Shown: positions 10,586 through 20,847 of the stretch, one piece after another
Numbering within the stretch: the first letter of the stretch is position 1
Layout of the letters: the number at the start of each line of letters is the position of its first letter
Source: Escherichia coli
GTDB lineage: Bacteria; Pseudomonadota; Gammaproteobacteria; Enterobacterales; Enterobacteriaceae
Length of the DNA stretch: 64,000 nt
Assembly: GCF_044324875.1 (NCBI RefSeq)
Contig: NZ_CP172185.1
Direction: 5' to 3' (one strand)
Program-made: the position numbers and the translations under genes
Notes under the pieces: generated by a model
The model's input: only the letters and a program-made list of their open reading frames with translations
The model's database searches: none
Told to the model about the DNA's origin: nothing

Positions 10586-11230
10586 TCAGCCGGTGCGCAG
10601 ACCGGCTTCGGTGAAGGTGTATTCGTTGATGAGAAGGGCCTCATCCACAGGGGCATCTGAGGTCAGCCTGTTGTGCTCGTTTTCCAGTTGACGGTACAGC
10701 CAGAAGGCCAGGTCGCGCAGGGCTTCGCTGACAGCGGCTTCCGCATCTGTTGTCATAGTCTGACCAGTCGGACTGTTCCGGGTAACAGTGATATCCATGC
10801 TGTACGGATGGCAGTAGCGTCCCCGGCGGTGGATTTCAGCCTGCAGTTGCCAGAAGTTACGCTTCTGCACCGCCTGCAGGGCATCCGCGATACGATGGAG
10901 TTCATGCTCCTGTGGGGCATACTTCCGGATTATCCGGGCTGTCGCCGGCTGCCAGTGCCAGCGTCCTTCAAAACAGGCTCCGTCCCCCTGGCTGCAGCAT
11001 CCGCTGAACCAGATGCACGGCTCTTCCATAAACCTGCCGTTGCTGAGCCGGAAAACGCGCTGGCGGAGGTCAATTCCGAAAATGTCACAGACCGCCCTGA
11101 AGTCCTCATACACGTTTTCATACCAGTTGCTGTCAGCATGATGCTGACGGTACCCGTCGCGGGCTTTTCCCCGTACCGGGCAGGAAAGTTCATCCAGCGT
11201 ATACACTGTGATGGTGATAATGCTGCTCAT
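10586..11230 (-). CDS. Hypothetical Cys/Trp-rich protein (214 aa) sitting between DUF987 and antitoxin genes
   Basis: ORF in operon orientation with RBS aaagggga before ATG; no family recognised; antisense ORF 10673-11410 regarded as shadow. Confidence 0.5.
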   Translation of the reverse strand: MSSIITITVYTLDELSCPVRGKARDGYRQHHADSNWYENVYEDFRAVCDIFGIDLRQRVFRLSNGRFMEEPCIWFSGCCSQGDGACFEGRWHWQPATARIIRKYAPQEHELHRIADALQAVQKRNFWQLQAEIHRRGRYCHPYSMDITVTRNSPTGQTMTTDAEAAVSEALRDLAFWLYRQLENEHNRLTSDAPVDEALLINEYTFTEAGLRTG

Positions 11231-11248
11231 CAGAATCCCCTTTCTGAT

Positions 11249-11470
11249 TCAGTTCAGGGTGACGCTCATCAGCCGGACATACGGGCCAAAACTGTCCTTA
11301 CGGCGTTCAGCAAACACGGCCAGCACACCGGGAATATCCTGTACTTCACGACCGGTATACGTCTCAGCACTGCCGTGCCAGCGGTACTTACCGGTGCAGA
11401 ACGGAAATAGACGGGATGCAGGATGCTGTTGGTGAATACGCATGGCTTCACCACGGGTGATAATTTTCAT
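11249..11470 (-). CDS. DUF987 protein (YeeT/YpjJ-like)
   Basis: 73 aa, position directly downstream of radC-like gene as in CP4-type islands. Confidence 0.6.
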   Translation of the reverse strand: MKIITRGEAMRIHQQHPASRLFPFCTGKYRWHGSAETYTGREVQDIPGVLAVFAERRKDSFGPYVRLMSVTLN

Positions 11471-11532
11471 AATGGGATACCTCTGAAGACAGAAGATAAA
11501 AGTGAAAACAGGTGTGATGTGGTTGTGACGGG

Positions 11533-12009
11533 TTAAAGCAGACCATGTTCGGCAAAGGAGAAAACCTGGCTGCCACCGACTATCAGATGGTCCGGCACCC
11601 GGATATCCACCAGGCCCAGTGCCTGTACCAGACGTTCCGTGATAAGGCGGTCTGCCTTGCTGGGTGTGACTTCACCGGACGGGTGATTGTGCGCCAGCAC
11701 CACGGCAGCGGCATTGTGGTACAGGGCGCGTTTAATCACTTCCCGGGGATGGACTTCCGTGCGGTTGATGGTGCCGGTGAAGAGGGTTTCACCGGCAATC
11801 AGCTGATTCTGGTTGTTCAGATACAGCACCCGGAATTCTTCACGCTCCAGTCCCGCCATGTTCAGAATCAGCCATTCCCGTGCCGCATGCGTGGAGGTGA
11901 AGGCCACGCCGGGTTCATGAAGATGGCGGTCCAGGGCTTTCAGGGCCCGCTGAATGAGGCTGCGCTCTCTGGTTGTCATTTCTCCGGGCAGAAAGGAAAT
12001 CTGTTGCAT
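11533..12009 (-). CDS. RadC-like JAB/JAMM-domain protein (YeeS/YfjY/YkfG-like)
   Basis: 158 aa with JAMM motif HNHPSG and upstream E; synteny with antirestriction gene. Confidence 0.8.
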   Translation of the reverse strand: MQQISFLPGEMTTRERSLIQRALKALDRHLHEPGVAFTSTHAAREWLILNMAGLEREEFRVLYLNNQNQLIAGETLFTGTINRTEVHPREVIKRALYHNAAAVVLAHNHPSGEVTPSKADRLITERLVQALGLVDIRVPDHLIVGGSQVFSFAEHGLL

Positions 12010-12024
12010 TGTTCCGGCCCCCTT

Positions 12025-12504
12025 TCAGTCAATGATGCGCATAATGGCGCTGCATTCCGGATGCTGCAGGGCGTAATCCCGCAGACGGTAATAATGAACC
12101 GTCATGGCATAACACTCCGTACGGCAGGCGTGATGACTGTACGTCATCAGACAGGCAGCAATGCCGGCGGCTTCCGGGCTCATTTCAGCGCGGTTACCGT
12201 TCATGGCATTGAACAGTACCCATGTTTCGTCATCATCATCATCCGGTTCGGGGGCCATAAATGCCCCGCCGTTGTTCAGGGTGTACAGATTCCAGATACC
12301 ACCGCAGTAGTCTTCGCACAGACGGTCCATCCAGCCGAAGACACTGGGCTCCAGGGTCACCCACTGTGGAATGAGGCCAAAATGCTGCGGCCAGAAGCTG
12401 ATGCGCTGTTCATCAGGGACGAGGCTGGCAACCAACTGAGGCGGATTATTCTCTGGTGTTGTAGCTGAATAAATTGTGGGGGTATTCTGAGAAACGGTTT
12501 TCAT
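12025..12504 (-). CDS. Antirestriction protein (ArdB/KlcA-like, YfjX/YeeR-position)
   Basis: 159 aa, acidic stretch DDDDDE; resembles remembered YfjX-family proteins. Confidence 0.6.
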   Translation of the reverse strand: MKTVSQNTPTIYSATTPENNPPQLVASLVPDEQRISFWPQHFGLIPQWVTLEPSVFGWMDRLCEDYCGGIWNLYTLNNGGAFMAPEPDDDDDETWVLFNAMNGNRAEMSPEAAGIAACLMTYSHHACRTECYAMTVHYYRLRDYALQHPECSAIMRIID

Positions 12505-12585
12505 GAGATAACGCCTTAAATAACAAATAAATGTGTGTTTTTCAGGAACGAAAGCTGAATGATTCCCTCACTCAGGGAAACGGCA

Positions 12586-13404
12586 TCAGCGCATGCTCTC
12601 CAGCAGCGTTTCTGCCATCACCCACAATGCGCGGTTGAGTTTTATATCGGTATCAATGCTGTGAATGGCCCGGGTATGGATACGTTTTCCTTTTGCACTG
12701 CGACCGGAAATCCCGCCTTTCAGCATATTCTCCTGGATGGTCTGATAAGCACTCCACAGGTCCTTACCGTAATCCTCCCGGCGTCGTGGTGTCAGAATGT
12801 CGGCGGTGGTGACGGGCTGATGTTCGTCACCATAACGGTAAGTCAGTGCCGCCTGTGCCAGCGCCTGGCGTGCCGGTGGCGGCAGGACCAGCGACTGCAT
12901 GGCATCACGCTTCTCCTCTATCCGGTCAAACACGCCCACCACCTCGTAAGCCCCTTCAATGACTCTGTCCACCACATTTCCCCGGTGCGGAACACGCACT
13001 TCCCCCCGAGACTGACCGCAGACGCATCCGTTCTGGCAGACGAACCTGAAGTAACCCGGCAGCATCTGGTAGCTGGAGGTACCGTCATGAGAGTTGAGCA
13101 GAATAATTTCAGGGACATGTTGTCCGTTTATCTCCCCGTCACGGCGCAGACGCAGCATGTGTTTGGTATACCCCCGGCGACCCGGGTCACGTACGCGGGT
13201 CTGGCAGGCGAAGAATGGCTGAAAGCCTTCCCGCTGCAGGCTTTCCAGCACGGTGATGGTGGGGATGTATGTATAGTTCCGGCTCCGGGAGGTGTGTTTA
13301 TCTTCCCCGAAAATCCCGGGCACATGGTGCATCAGCTCTTCACGGGTCAGCGGACGGTCACGGCGTATCTGGTTCGCATAACCAAAACGACTGGCTAATC
13401 GCAT
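12586..13404 (-). CDS. DUF932-family protein (YfjQ/YafZ-like)
   Basis: 272 aa; family assignment from memory of CP4-57 gene order and size. Confidence 0.55.
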   Translation of the reverse strand: MRLASRFGYANQIRRDRPLTREELMHHVPGIFGEDKHTSRSRNYTYIPTITVLESLQREGFQPFFACQTRVRDPGRRGYTKHMLRLRRDGEINGQHVPEIILLNSHDGTSSYQMLPGYFRFVCQNGCVCGQSRGEVRVPHRGNVVDRVIEGAYEVVGVFDRIEEKRDAMQSLVLPPPARQALAQAALTYRYGDEHQPVTTADILTPRRREDYGKDLWSAYQTIQENMLKGGISGRSAKGKRIHTRAIHSIDTDIKLNRALWVMAETLLESMR

Positions 13405-13448
13405 ACTTTGCTCCTTATCAGTGGTTAAGACTGAATGACGTAATCAAT

Positions 13449-13480
13449 GAAAAAGCCGCGTCTCACGGAGAAGACGCGGC
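13449..13480 (-). terminator. Rho-independent terminator on minus strand between secreted-protein gene and DUF932 gene
   Basis: 9-bp stem gccgcgtct / agacgcggc with 8-nt loop; A-run on plus strand equals U-tract on minus strand. Confidence 0.6.
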
Positions 13481-13662
13481 CTGATGGATGAAATGAATGA
13501 GGGTTTACCGAAGCCCTTCAGCATTGTGGTGACGCAACCGGAAATGCGTTCCCTGATCATCTTCAATAAGCACATTGCGGTAAGCTGTTGTGACAGCCAT
13601 CGCCTGTTCGCGTGAGAAAGGGCCTTCGGGCAATAAAACAGGGTGACAGTCCGACATACCGG

Positions 13663-14340
13663 CTATTTTCCGATAAATTCAACGCTGGCGCCGGTGGCAT
13701 TACCGTCAGCACCAACCGTGACGGTCACTTTGTCGTACGCACGGTCTTCAGGATTGAACACTTCAAACTCAACCTTATTGCCTTTTACTTCGTAAGAGCC
13801 AAAATCAGCGGTTTCTGTTATTTCCTCGTCATATTCCCGGGCGTATGCCTGCCGGGCAGCCTGCAGGACGGAATCTTTATTAATAGTGGTCGTCTGTTTC
13901 GGGGAAAAACCGGCAAGTGATGTGACAAATTTCGGACAGACCTTCAGCATATCACCGCGGGTGAATTCCATTCGTACACCAAATGCCTGTAAAACGGACA
14001 CATCACGCTCTGCTATGGAGTGAACGGCTTTTTTGACCATTTCCGGCGCCTGTCCGACTTCCACCTCAACAGCCCTGAATCCTGTCTGCTGATTACACAT
14101 TTGTGATGTGGGGATCAGGTTACCGTTAATACTGATACGGTTGCCCAGGAGCGTCTGTACGCCATTCGGGCATCCCTGCATCAGGCCGGTAATACCAATC
14201 GTGCCATTTTTCAGCATTACCAGCGCCTGACCATCTTCCGTCATGGTCTGACACCAGCCGTTTTTGACAGCCCAGTTGCCGGCGGAGGCGGAGAATGATG
14301 CCACAGTGAACAGCAGGGGAAAAAGAATTCTGGTATTCAT
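13663..14340 (-). CDS. Secreted/periplasmic hypothetical protein (225 aa)
   Basis: N-terminal signal peptide [20 protein letters not shown]; several Cys; no family recognised. Confidence 0.55.
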   Translation of the reverse strand: MNTRILFPLLFTVASFSASAGNWAVKNGWCQTMTEDGQALVMLKNGTIGITGLMQGCPNGVQTLLGNRISINGNLIPTSQMCNQQTGFRAVEVEVGQAPEMVKKAVHSIAERDVSVLQAFGVRMEFTRGDMLKVCPKFVTSLAGFSPKQTTTINKDSVLQAARQAYAREYDEEITETADFGSYEVKGNKVEFEVFNPEDRAYDKVTVTVGADGNATGASVEFIGK

Positions 14341-14458
14341 GACTGACCTCTGAAATTAAAGAGCGTGTTATTGATAATGACAGACGGTATACGGCAGTGG
14401 TTACCGTAATCCGTTGTCGTGTAAAGGTATACGGTTGCCACGGGGGACTCCGGAGCGT

Positions 14459-15343
14459 TCAGAACAGGTGATCCCACAGAGTGACCAGCAGGTGGATAAT
14501 GCGGTCCCGGGTTTTGCGCAGAAGCTGTAACATCCAGGCCGGAAAACTGAAACGGGCAACGGCGTCGTCAAAACTTTTCCCGATGGTTTCACCAAAAGTC
14601 TGTTGTGCGTGTTTCTGGACCCGTTCAGAGCGGTTTTCCCCCCGGATATGTGAATAAACCGCGCTGGTTGCCTGTGGCGGCAGTGCGTGGATCATCAGTG
14701 ACACCAGTGCCGGAATATTCCAGCCGACAGGCGCGGCAACGGGGAGTACCGGAAATGATGAAGGGAACAGGGTTGCCACCCGGGCTGTCACCGTCGCCAG
14801 CGAGAGTTCCTGGTGACGGGACGGGCATTTTTCTGTGTCGTTCCATTCTTCAGCAGGAAATACGCGATCGGCATGGCTGAGAACAAACAGAAAACGCGAG
14901 GGATCTGCACCTTCATTCAGTAAAAACTGATGCATGGCGATGTCGGCAGCATACGCACGTTCATCAGCCCGCAGGATCCAGATAATCAGATCCAGTTCGG
15001 GCAGTAACTGACTGTAAAGTGCCCGGTATTCCTGATCATGCTGTGGTGTTTCGCCAGTGCCGGGCAGATCGACCAGCGTCATTCTTCGTTCACCGGGCTG
15101 AAAGGTAAGACGATGAGCCTGACGGGTGCAGCCGTTCAGCGGATGCGTGGCGCAGACACGGGACTGAAAAATGGCATTGCACAGGCTGCTTTTTCCGGCA
15201 CCGGATTTACCCATAATGCCAATCACGGGCTCGTAATGAATAACACTGTGGAGATGTTCAAGGATTTTCTGGCGAATTTCTTCAGGAAGAAACGTCAGAT
15301 ATGATTTCACTTGTGCGGAGAGGGAAGAATGGCTGAATGACAT
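14459..15343 (-). CDS. 50S ribosome-binding GTPase-family protein (YeeP/YfjP/YkfA-like)
   Basis: 294 aa with P-loop GIMGKSGAGKSSL and DxxG (DLPG); first gene of the minus-strand island block. Confidence 0.8.
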   Translation of the reverse strand: MSFSHSSLSAQVKSYLTFLPEEIRQKILEHLHSVIHYEPVIGIMGKSGAGKSSLCNAIFQSRVCATHPLNGCTRQAHRLTFQPGERRMTLVDLPGTGETPQHDQEYRALYSQLLPELDLIIWILRADERAYAADIAMHQFLLNEGADPSRFLFVLSHADRVFPAEEWNDTEKCPSRHQELSLATVTARVATLFPSSFPVLPVAAPVGWNIPALVSLMIHALPPQATSAVYSHIRGENRSERVQKHAQQTFGETIGKSFDDAVARFSFPAWMLQLLRKTRDRIIHLLVTLWDHLF

Positions 15344-15448
15344 ACCGGTATCCTGTTGATTTCACTGAACCGGATCACACTAATCCGGTTTATCATTCAG
15401 GTAATATGGGCGTGAAAAAATCTGGAGTGACAAAGTTCGGGAGGAGTG

Positions 15449-16399
15449 ATGGCATCACTGTCGATTAATACGCTACGCCGAATGAGCATTTGTAAAAGTC
15501 AGGCCTGGAAAGATACCCAGCGAATACTGAAGCGTAGTGGACTTGTGTACAGAGGGGAACGGTCAGAATCGTTTGATCCTGAGAAACATTTTAATCGTTA
15601 TACGGTGCGTTATCTGTACCTGCTTAACATAATTGCGCTTAAGATAAGGTCGGTTAGTAAATTTTCCTGTTGGATCGAGGTGGGACAATGCCATCGTATG
15701 ACTGGTAAACATTTATCTCTTAATGCCCCGCCTTTTATGCTGATTCCGCGTAGTATCCGGAGAAAAGTGGATGGATTCAGACAGTCAAAAGGTGAAGCAA
15801 CCCCAAAATCGGCTCAACCGTTCACGGGCAGTTTGTATGAGGTTTTGAGAAAGGAGAGCGATTCAGCTAAGCTGGACGCATGGATTGCTGAACTGCCTCT
15901 GAACTTGCAGGAGGAGGGAAAGGAAATCTCAGTCATGGGATTTAGTCCACGGGCTGTGGCCCGACCTGTTCTTCGGTCAGCATCCCCGACGTTTGAACTG
16001 TTTTATCAGGAGTATCAATCCCTAAGATTAAAATCTGTTTTTAAATTTGAACCAAGATTTGAACAACTTTTAACAAGACTGAGCTTTAGAAAACAATCAA
16101 TTCTCAGAAAACAACAATACAGGGTTAAATCGCAATTACTGGAGAGACTGGGGAATGTGTTGTTTTTCACGTCGCTTTATAACCAGGGATGTTTAGAGGA
16201 GTTTATAAATGCACTTGTGGAAAAGGAGGACATTTATCTGAAAATGTCCCCTGGGGAGGAAAAGGTGAAAGCACACCAGAAAATGGTTAACTACATTGAA
16301 GCGTTCTGCAACAAAATGACGGAAAAATACCTGATGCCCGCAGCAAGCAGACACTACAAAAAGAAGAAAATCGCCAGGAGCGAAAGTGGTGAAAGTTAA
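15449..16399 (+). CDS. Hypothetical basic protein (about 316 aa), unknown family
   Basis: ORF divergent from GTPase gene; RBS gggagg before ATG 15449; lower-GC codon usage than core genes. Confidence 0.5.
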   Translation: MASLSINTLRRMSICKSQAWKDTQRILKRSGLVYRGERSESFDPEKHFNRYTVRYLYLLNIIALKIRSVSKFSCWIEVGQCHRMTGKHLSLNAPPFMLIPRSIRRKVDGFRQSKGEATPKSAQPFTGSLYEVLRKESDSAKLDAWIAELPLNLQEEGKEISVMGFSPRAVARPVLRSASPTFELFYQEYQSLRLKSVFKFEPRFEQLLTRLSFRKQSILRKQQYRVKSQLLERLGNVLFFTSLYNQGCLEEFINALVEKEDIYLKMSPGEEKVKAHQKMVNYIEAFCNKMTEKYLMPAASRHYKKKKIARSESGES

Positions 16400-17184
16400 T
16401 CCAGTCTACCGTACAGAATCAGTTGTTCCAGAATAGCCTGCTGTGTTGTTTTCCGCTCTCTGGTCAGTCTGTCCAGAGCGCTTTTTGCGGATGGCGATAT
16501 CTTTACGTTGATTTGTACCCGTTTATCTTTTTTTCCATCGATAAACTGTTTTCTGAATGCATTGTGCATCTTGTCGAAAAATCTTTCTTTTGCAGCGAAT
16601 CCTAGGTGAAATTCTTTTGGCGTCAGTAAACAGGGTGTGTCTGTGGGGAATAACATTTTTAGTAAAACTACAATGGCAATATATCTTTCGTTATCATTTA
16701 CAGGATTAAACCAGGAAAGATATGTGGGTGAGATACGTGCATCAATATATTCCCATGCCCATTTCAGTTGTTCGGTATTCTTTTTAAGCCATTTGGCTTC
16801 GTTTCTCTTTTCGAGTCCCAGCCAGTTTTGATGCATTATTGAGATAATCCGATCTGCTTCCCCATAAAGGATTAACGCATTAATCCATTTCCCTATAACA
16901 TTCAGTCGTGTTTCATGACTTGAAGGAATAATTGTCATGGGGTTATCCTTCATAACGATCACCCCCTTCAAGGCAGAGTTGAACTCAGATTCATTATTAA
17001 GTTTAAGTTTTTCGGGAACTGTATGAGACATAATTAACCAGAACCAGAATGCTGCAATTTCATTTTTTCTGATCCATTCAGGTATGTGATTATCTGCCAG
17101 ATTATTATCATTCAATAAATGCTCAGTTGTTTTATTTTTCCAGTCATATCTATTCACGTTATAACCGCCTTTATATTGTTTCAT
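16396..17184 (-). CDS. Hypothetical protein with C-terminal ribbon-helix-helix-like segment (about 262 aa)
   Basis: Start taken at MKQYKGGYN (RBS gaggcg upstream); C-terminus VQINVKISPSAKSALDRLTRERKTTQQAILEQLILYG looks like beta-strand plus two helices of RHH/CopG type; 3' end overlaps the convergent gene by 4 nt. Confidence 0.5.
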   Translation of the reverse strand: MKQYKGGYNVNRYDWKNKTTEHLLNDNNLADNHIPEWIRKNEIAAFWFWLIMSHTVPEKLKLNNESEFNSALKGVIVMKDNPMTIIPSSHETRLNVIGKWINALILYGEADRIISIMHQNWLGLEKRNEAKWLKKNTEQLKWAWEYIDARISPTYLSWFNPVNDNERYIAIVVLLKMLFPTDTPCLLTPKEFHLGFAAKERFFDKMHNAFRKQFIDGKKDKRVQINVKISPSAKSALDRLTRERKTTQQAILEQLILYGRLD

Positions 17185-17299
17185 CTGATTACGCCTCAAT
17201 CGTTTTCTTTTCTGGTGATTTTCACCATCACATGTCAGTTGTATATGCAAGGGGATCAATAAAAATATCACCCTGCAAGCACTTCAAAGCTGATTATGG

Positions 17300-18880
17300 G
17301 GATATTCTAGAACTATTCACAAAACTATTCCAGACATATCAAGAACTATTTCTTGACCTATTCATAATAAAATAAAACATGCTATCAACTACGGCTCATA
17401 TTCTCCTTGGGGGTGTCGTTGTACTGTTCGACTGTTCTTGTGGTCAGATTAACAATCTGAAGAGTAAAAGCGACAGTAATCTGTCTGTTATAGTGGCGAT
17501 AAAAACACTGAATGCGCATCCTGTATGTGAAATCCTGTCATGTAGAGCAGTAAGCAATGACAGACATGCATGTTATATGTGAAGGGGGCCGGGAGACGAC
17601 ATAATCAGTATGGCTGTCATTCTGGTTGTAAAACGCGATCACTTTCCGGGGGTAAAAGATGATATGGAGGTTGACAAACGGTTTGCTTCGGATTGTCTTT
17701 TCTGGGGCCTGAAATACGAGGGCAGAAAAATAATTCCAGAGTAAATCTGCTCTGTTTTTAGGACAGAAAACTCCATGCTGGCTGTAAAAGTGAAAAATTA
17801 ACACCCAGTATGTATGGAAGTCTGAAGATGTTGAGAATGTCGGTATGATACTATATACACATATTTTACTAAGTATTTTTACTAAGCATTTCAGTAAGTG
17901 TTATACACGTATTTTCTACTAAGTGTTTTACCAGACATACACGTGTTTTCATAAACAGCCCTATAAGTGTTTTCATTAAGCATTGCTGTACACATTGCTT
18001 TGTCTGAAACACATCCAGTTTAGTAAATCTTTACGTTAGCTAAAATCAGTTTAAAGCTGCTGTAAAACCTTTCTGTTTAAGCAATCAATCTGCTATTCGA
18101 TTTTACTGATGTTGCGTTTAACCTTTTCTGAGATTTCGAGTTTCGACGTTAGCATGAGAAAAGTATCTTTACGCTAAATCAACCCGAACTTTCCTGAAGT
18201 AATCTGACGTTTTTTTCGATGTGCTTACGACGATTCTGTTAAACGACTTTCTGGATGTTTTGATAACAATCAGATTGAGGCATTAACGATTCCTGACGTT
18301 TTCTTTTCCGTGTAAGGTCATTCTTTTTGTCATGAGGTTTCTTCTTGCATTGCGAAAGTGTGATGAACGGTTTTGGTGTTTTTGATTCAGATAAGGTTTA
18401 CGTTATCGATGGTTAATCGTTTTTATGGTGCGTAGTGAAACGTAACTTTTTCAGGATGAGAAAATCGATTCTGATGTTGGTGATTTTTGTTCTTGTGGCG
18501 GGGTTTATCTGTAAACAGGTTTTAAACGTGTCATTCACATCCGTGATTGAGTTGTGTGATTAAGCTGTAGGTTTTGGGGTTGTTGTTGATTTGCATTACC
18601 AGGAAGCGTTCTGGTTGCGTTTCTGGTGTTTTGTTCGAATGTTCTGTGGATCCTTTTCCCTTCTGACTTTTCTCGTTGTCCATGTCGTTTTTAAATCCAT
18701 TCGCTGTTCTTGAGTGTTTTTACCCTGCGTGTAGAATTATCTTTTCGTTCCGGGATGGTTTGTTCCGTTTCAATCACTCTTAATCAGAGAGTTGTAGCAT
18801 TGCTCAATGCCGGATGCCGTAAAGTTTTACCGCGGTGATTAATGATGTGAAGTCAATCCAAATCAACGGAGATCTCTCAT
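17300..18880. other. 1.6-kb AT-rich, ORF-poor region with short direct repeats upstream of the Gp2-family genes
   Basis: Repeated motifs tactaagt(a/g)tttt and acacgt(g/a)ttttc around 17870-17950; only short ORFs; strongly T-skewed plus strand. Confidence 0.5.
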
Positions 18881-18881
18881 C

Positions 18882-19613
18882 ATGAATCAACCAATACATA
18901 ATGCTTACTGGTTATCCCGTTTTGACAGCCTTCTCGACAGTGCCCTGGCGCAGCACCGTGCCGTCTCGTTAATCCGGGTGGATTTACGTTTCCCTGAGTA
19001 TATGCCTGTCACCATCATGGATCCCGATCCGGATTCAGCGGTGATTTCTCGTTTTTTTGCATCCCTGAAAGCCAAAATTCAGGCTTACCAGCGGAAAAAA
19101 AGATGTGCCAATCAGCGTGTGCATGCAACCAGCCTGCGTTATTTCTGGTGCCGGGAGTTCGGCAAGGAAAAAGGCAGGAAACATTATCACGTGATATTAC
19201 TGCTCAACAAAGATACCTGGTGCTCGCCAGGGGATTTCACCGTTCCTTCTTCGCTGGCGACACTGATCAAGCTGGCATGGTGTAGCGCTCTGCATCTTGA
19301 GCCCTGGCAGGGTAATGGACTGGTTCATTTTTCCAGGCGGACGCCTTTCCGTAAACCGGCATCATCTGATGCTCGCCCTTCTTCCGATGATACGCCTTTG
19401 TCGGGTGGATGTTCTGATACCAGGAAGGCTTCAGAAAAAAAGCCGGGTGAAGCCGCTGTTCTCTGGATCAAGCGTGGTGATGTGGAAGCGCTGCAGAAAG
19501 CCCGGAACAGAGCCAGTTATCTCGTGAAATATGAGACGAAGCAGCATGACGGTTCCGGGCAACGTAATTATGGTTGCAGTCGTGGGCCGGGGCGTCTGCT
19601 GGATGGCAGGTGA
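18882..19613 (+). CDS. Inovirus Gp2-family protein (YfjJ/YagK-like)
   Basis: 243 aa, contains RVDLRFPEYMP and HYHVILLLN motifs typical of the YagK/YfjJ family. Confidence 0.75.
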   Translation: MNQPIHNAYWLSRFDSLLDSALAQHRAVSLIRVDLRFPEYMPVTIMDPDPDSAVISRFFASLKAKIQAYQRKKRCANQRVHATSLRYFWCREFGKEKGRKHYHVILLLNKDTWCSPGDFTVPSSLATLIKLAWCSALHLEPWQGNGLVHFSRRTPFRKPASSDARPSSDDTPLSGGCSDTRKASEKKPGEAAVLWIKRGDVEALQKARNRASYLVKYETKQHDGSGQRNYGCSRGPGRLLDGR

Positions 19614-19969
19614 GCCCTGTAAAACGACATCCGGTGCCTGAGCTTATGCTACAGGACGTTGGCTGACGCCCTTAGCTCGTTTTCTGAAAAAGTCGTCCTG
19701 AAGTCATGCAACGGTATTTTTCTCTGCTTTCGCTCCTGGAAACACTCCGTCGGTAAAACCTTACTGTCCTGCTTAATGATGTGAACCGAAGTCAACGGAG
19801 ATCATTCATTCTGAACCTGCATCCGGTGTTCTGTCCCTTGTCGGTTACCTGATCTTCCCGTTCTGCCGCGGTTTTTCACTTATTCCATCAACCCCATACG
19901 CAAGCCATAACACGTCAGCGCATCCACGGGCAGGACGCGTTGTGGGCTGCGTATAACGGAACATATCTT

Positions 19970-20542
19970 ATGAATGCTATCCCTTATTTCGACTATAGCA
20001 TGGCGCCCTTCTGGCCATCTTATCAGAACAAAATCATCGGCGTTCTCAACCGTGTGTTGCGCGAGCAGTCCTGCTCCCGAATACGGCGGATCCTGCTTCG
20101 TCTGCCGGGGGAACATGGCAACATCTTCAGCGACAGAAAAACCTGGTTCGGTATGGCCTTTATCGAAACCGTCAGTGCGCTGATGAATGCAACCCCCGGA
20201 CGCGACCTCTGCTGGCTCCTGACCCGTCATCCTGAAAAACCGGAATACCACGTGGTGCTGTGCGTCAGACAGGAATATTTCGACGGCCCTGAGCTGGACC
20301 GGTTGATTCTGGATGCCTGGAGCAACGTACTGGGCTTCGCGTCACCGGGTGAAGCAGCACCGTACCAGAAACAGATAACCCGGGATGTGGTGCTGGACAG
20401 TTGTTCACCGGACTGCGAAGAGAGACTCAAAGAGCTGATATGGGCGTTCAGTGATTTCGCCCGCGATCGTCGTGGTGTGCGCGATCCGGAAGCCCGTTAC
20501 CTCGCCGGTAATCCCTGGTATCCCGTAGCAGGCCAGCTCTGA
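19970..20542 (+). CDS. Inovirus Gp2-family paralogue
   Basis: Same layout as previous gene (RILLRLPGEHGN ... EYHVVLCVRQ); start taken at MNAIPYF. Confidence 0.65.
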   Translation: MNAIPYFDYSMAPFWPSYQNKIIGVLNRVLREQSCSRIRRILLRLPGEHGNIFSDRKTWFGMAFIETVSALMNATPGRDLCWLLTRHPEKPEYHVVLCVRQEYFDGPELDRLILDAWSNVLGFASPGEAAPYQKQITRDVVLDSCSPDCEERLKELIWAFSDFARDRRGVRDPEARYLAGNPWYPVAGQL

Positions 20543-20610
20543 AAGCTCAGCTCAGCAGATTCACCCGCATTTGCCCAACATTCATAAATCTCACAGAGGA
20601 CATTCTGACC

Positions 20611-20847
20611 ATGTTGACCTCAATGACAGGTCACGACAGCGTATTGCTGCGTGCCGACGATCCCCTGATCGACATGAACTACATCACCAGCTTCACTGGT
20701 ATGACCGACAAATGGTTTTACAAGCTGATCAGTGAAGGCCATTTCCCTAAACCCATCAAACTGGGGCGCAGCAGCCGCTGGTACAAAAGTGAAGTGGAGC
20801 AGTGGATGCAGCAACGAATCGAGGCATCACGAGGGGCAGCAGCATGA
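20611..20847 (+). CDS. alpA: AlpA-family phage/island transcriptional regulator
   Basis: 78 aa; MTDKWFYKLISEGHFPKPIKLGRSSRWYKSEVEQW matches AlpA wHTH consensus. Confidence 0.8.
   Translation: MLTSMTGHDSVLLRADDPLIDMNYITSFTGMTDKWFYKLISEGHFPKPIKLGRSSRWYKSEVEQWMQQRIEASRGAAA

Noticed and set aside
10168-10656. 162-aa version of the antitoxin ORF overlapping the upstream 214-aa gene
   Set aside because: The conserved antitoxin begins at the internal GTG (SDTLPGTT...); the extension is a read-through of the frame into the neighbouring gene.
10673-13398. Long plus-strand ORFs (10673-11410, 11545-12468, 12559-13398) opposite the island operon
   Set aside because: Antisense to recognisable RadC-like, antirestriction and DUF932 genes; GC-rich shadow frames.
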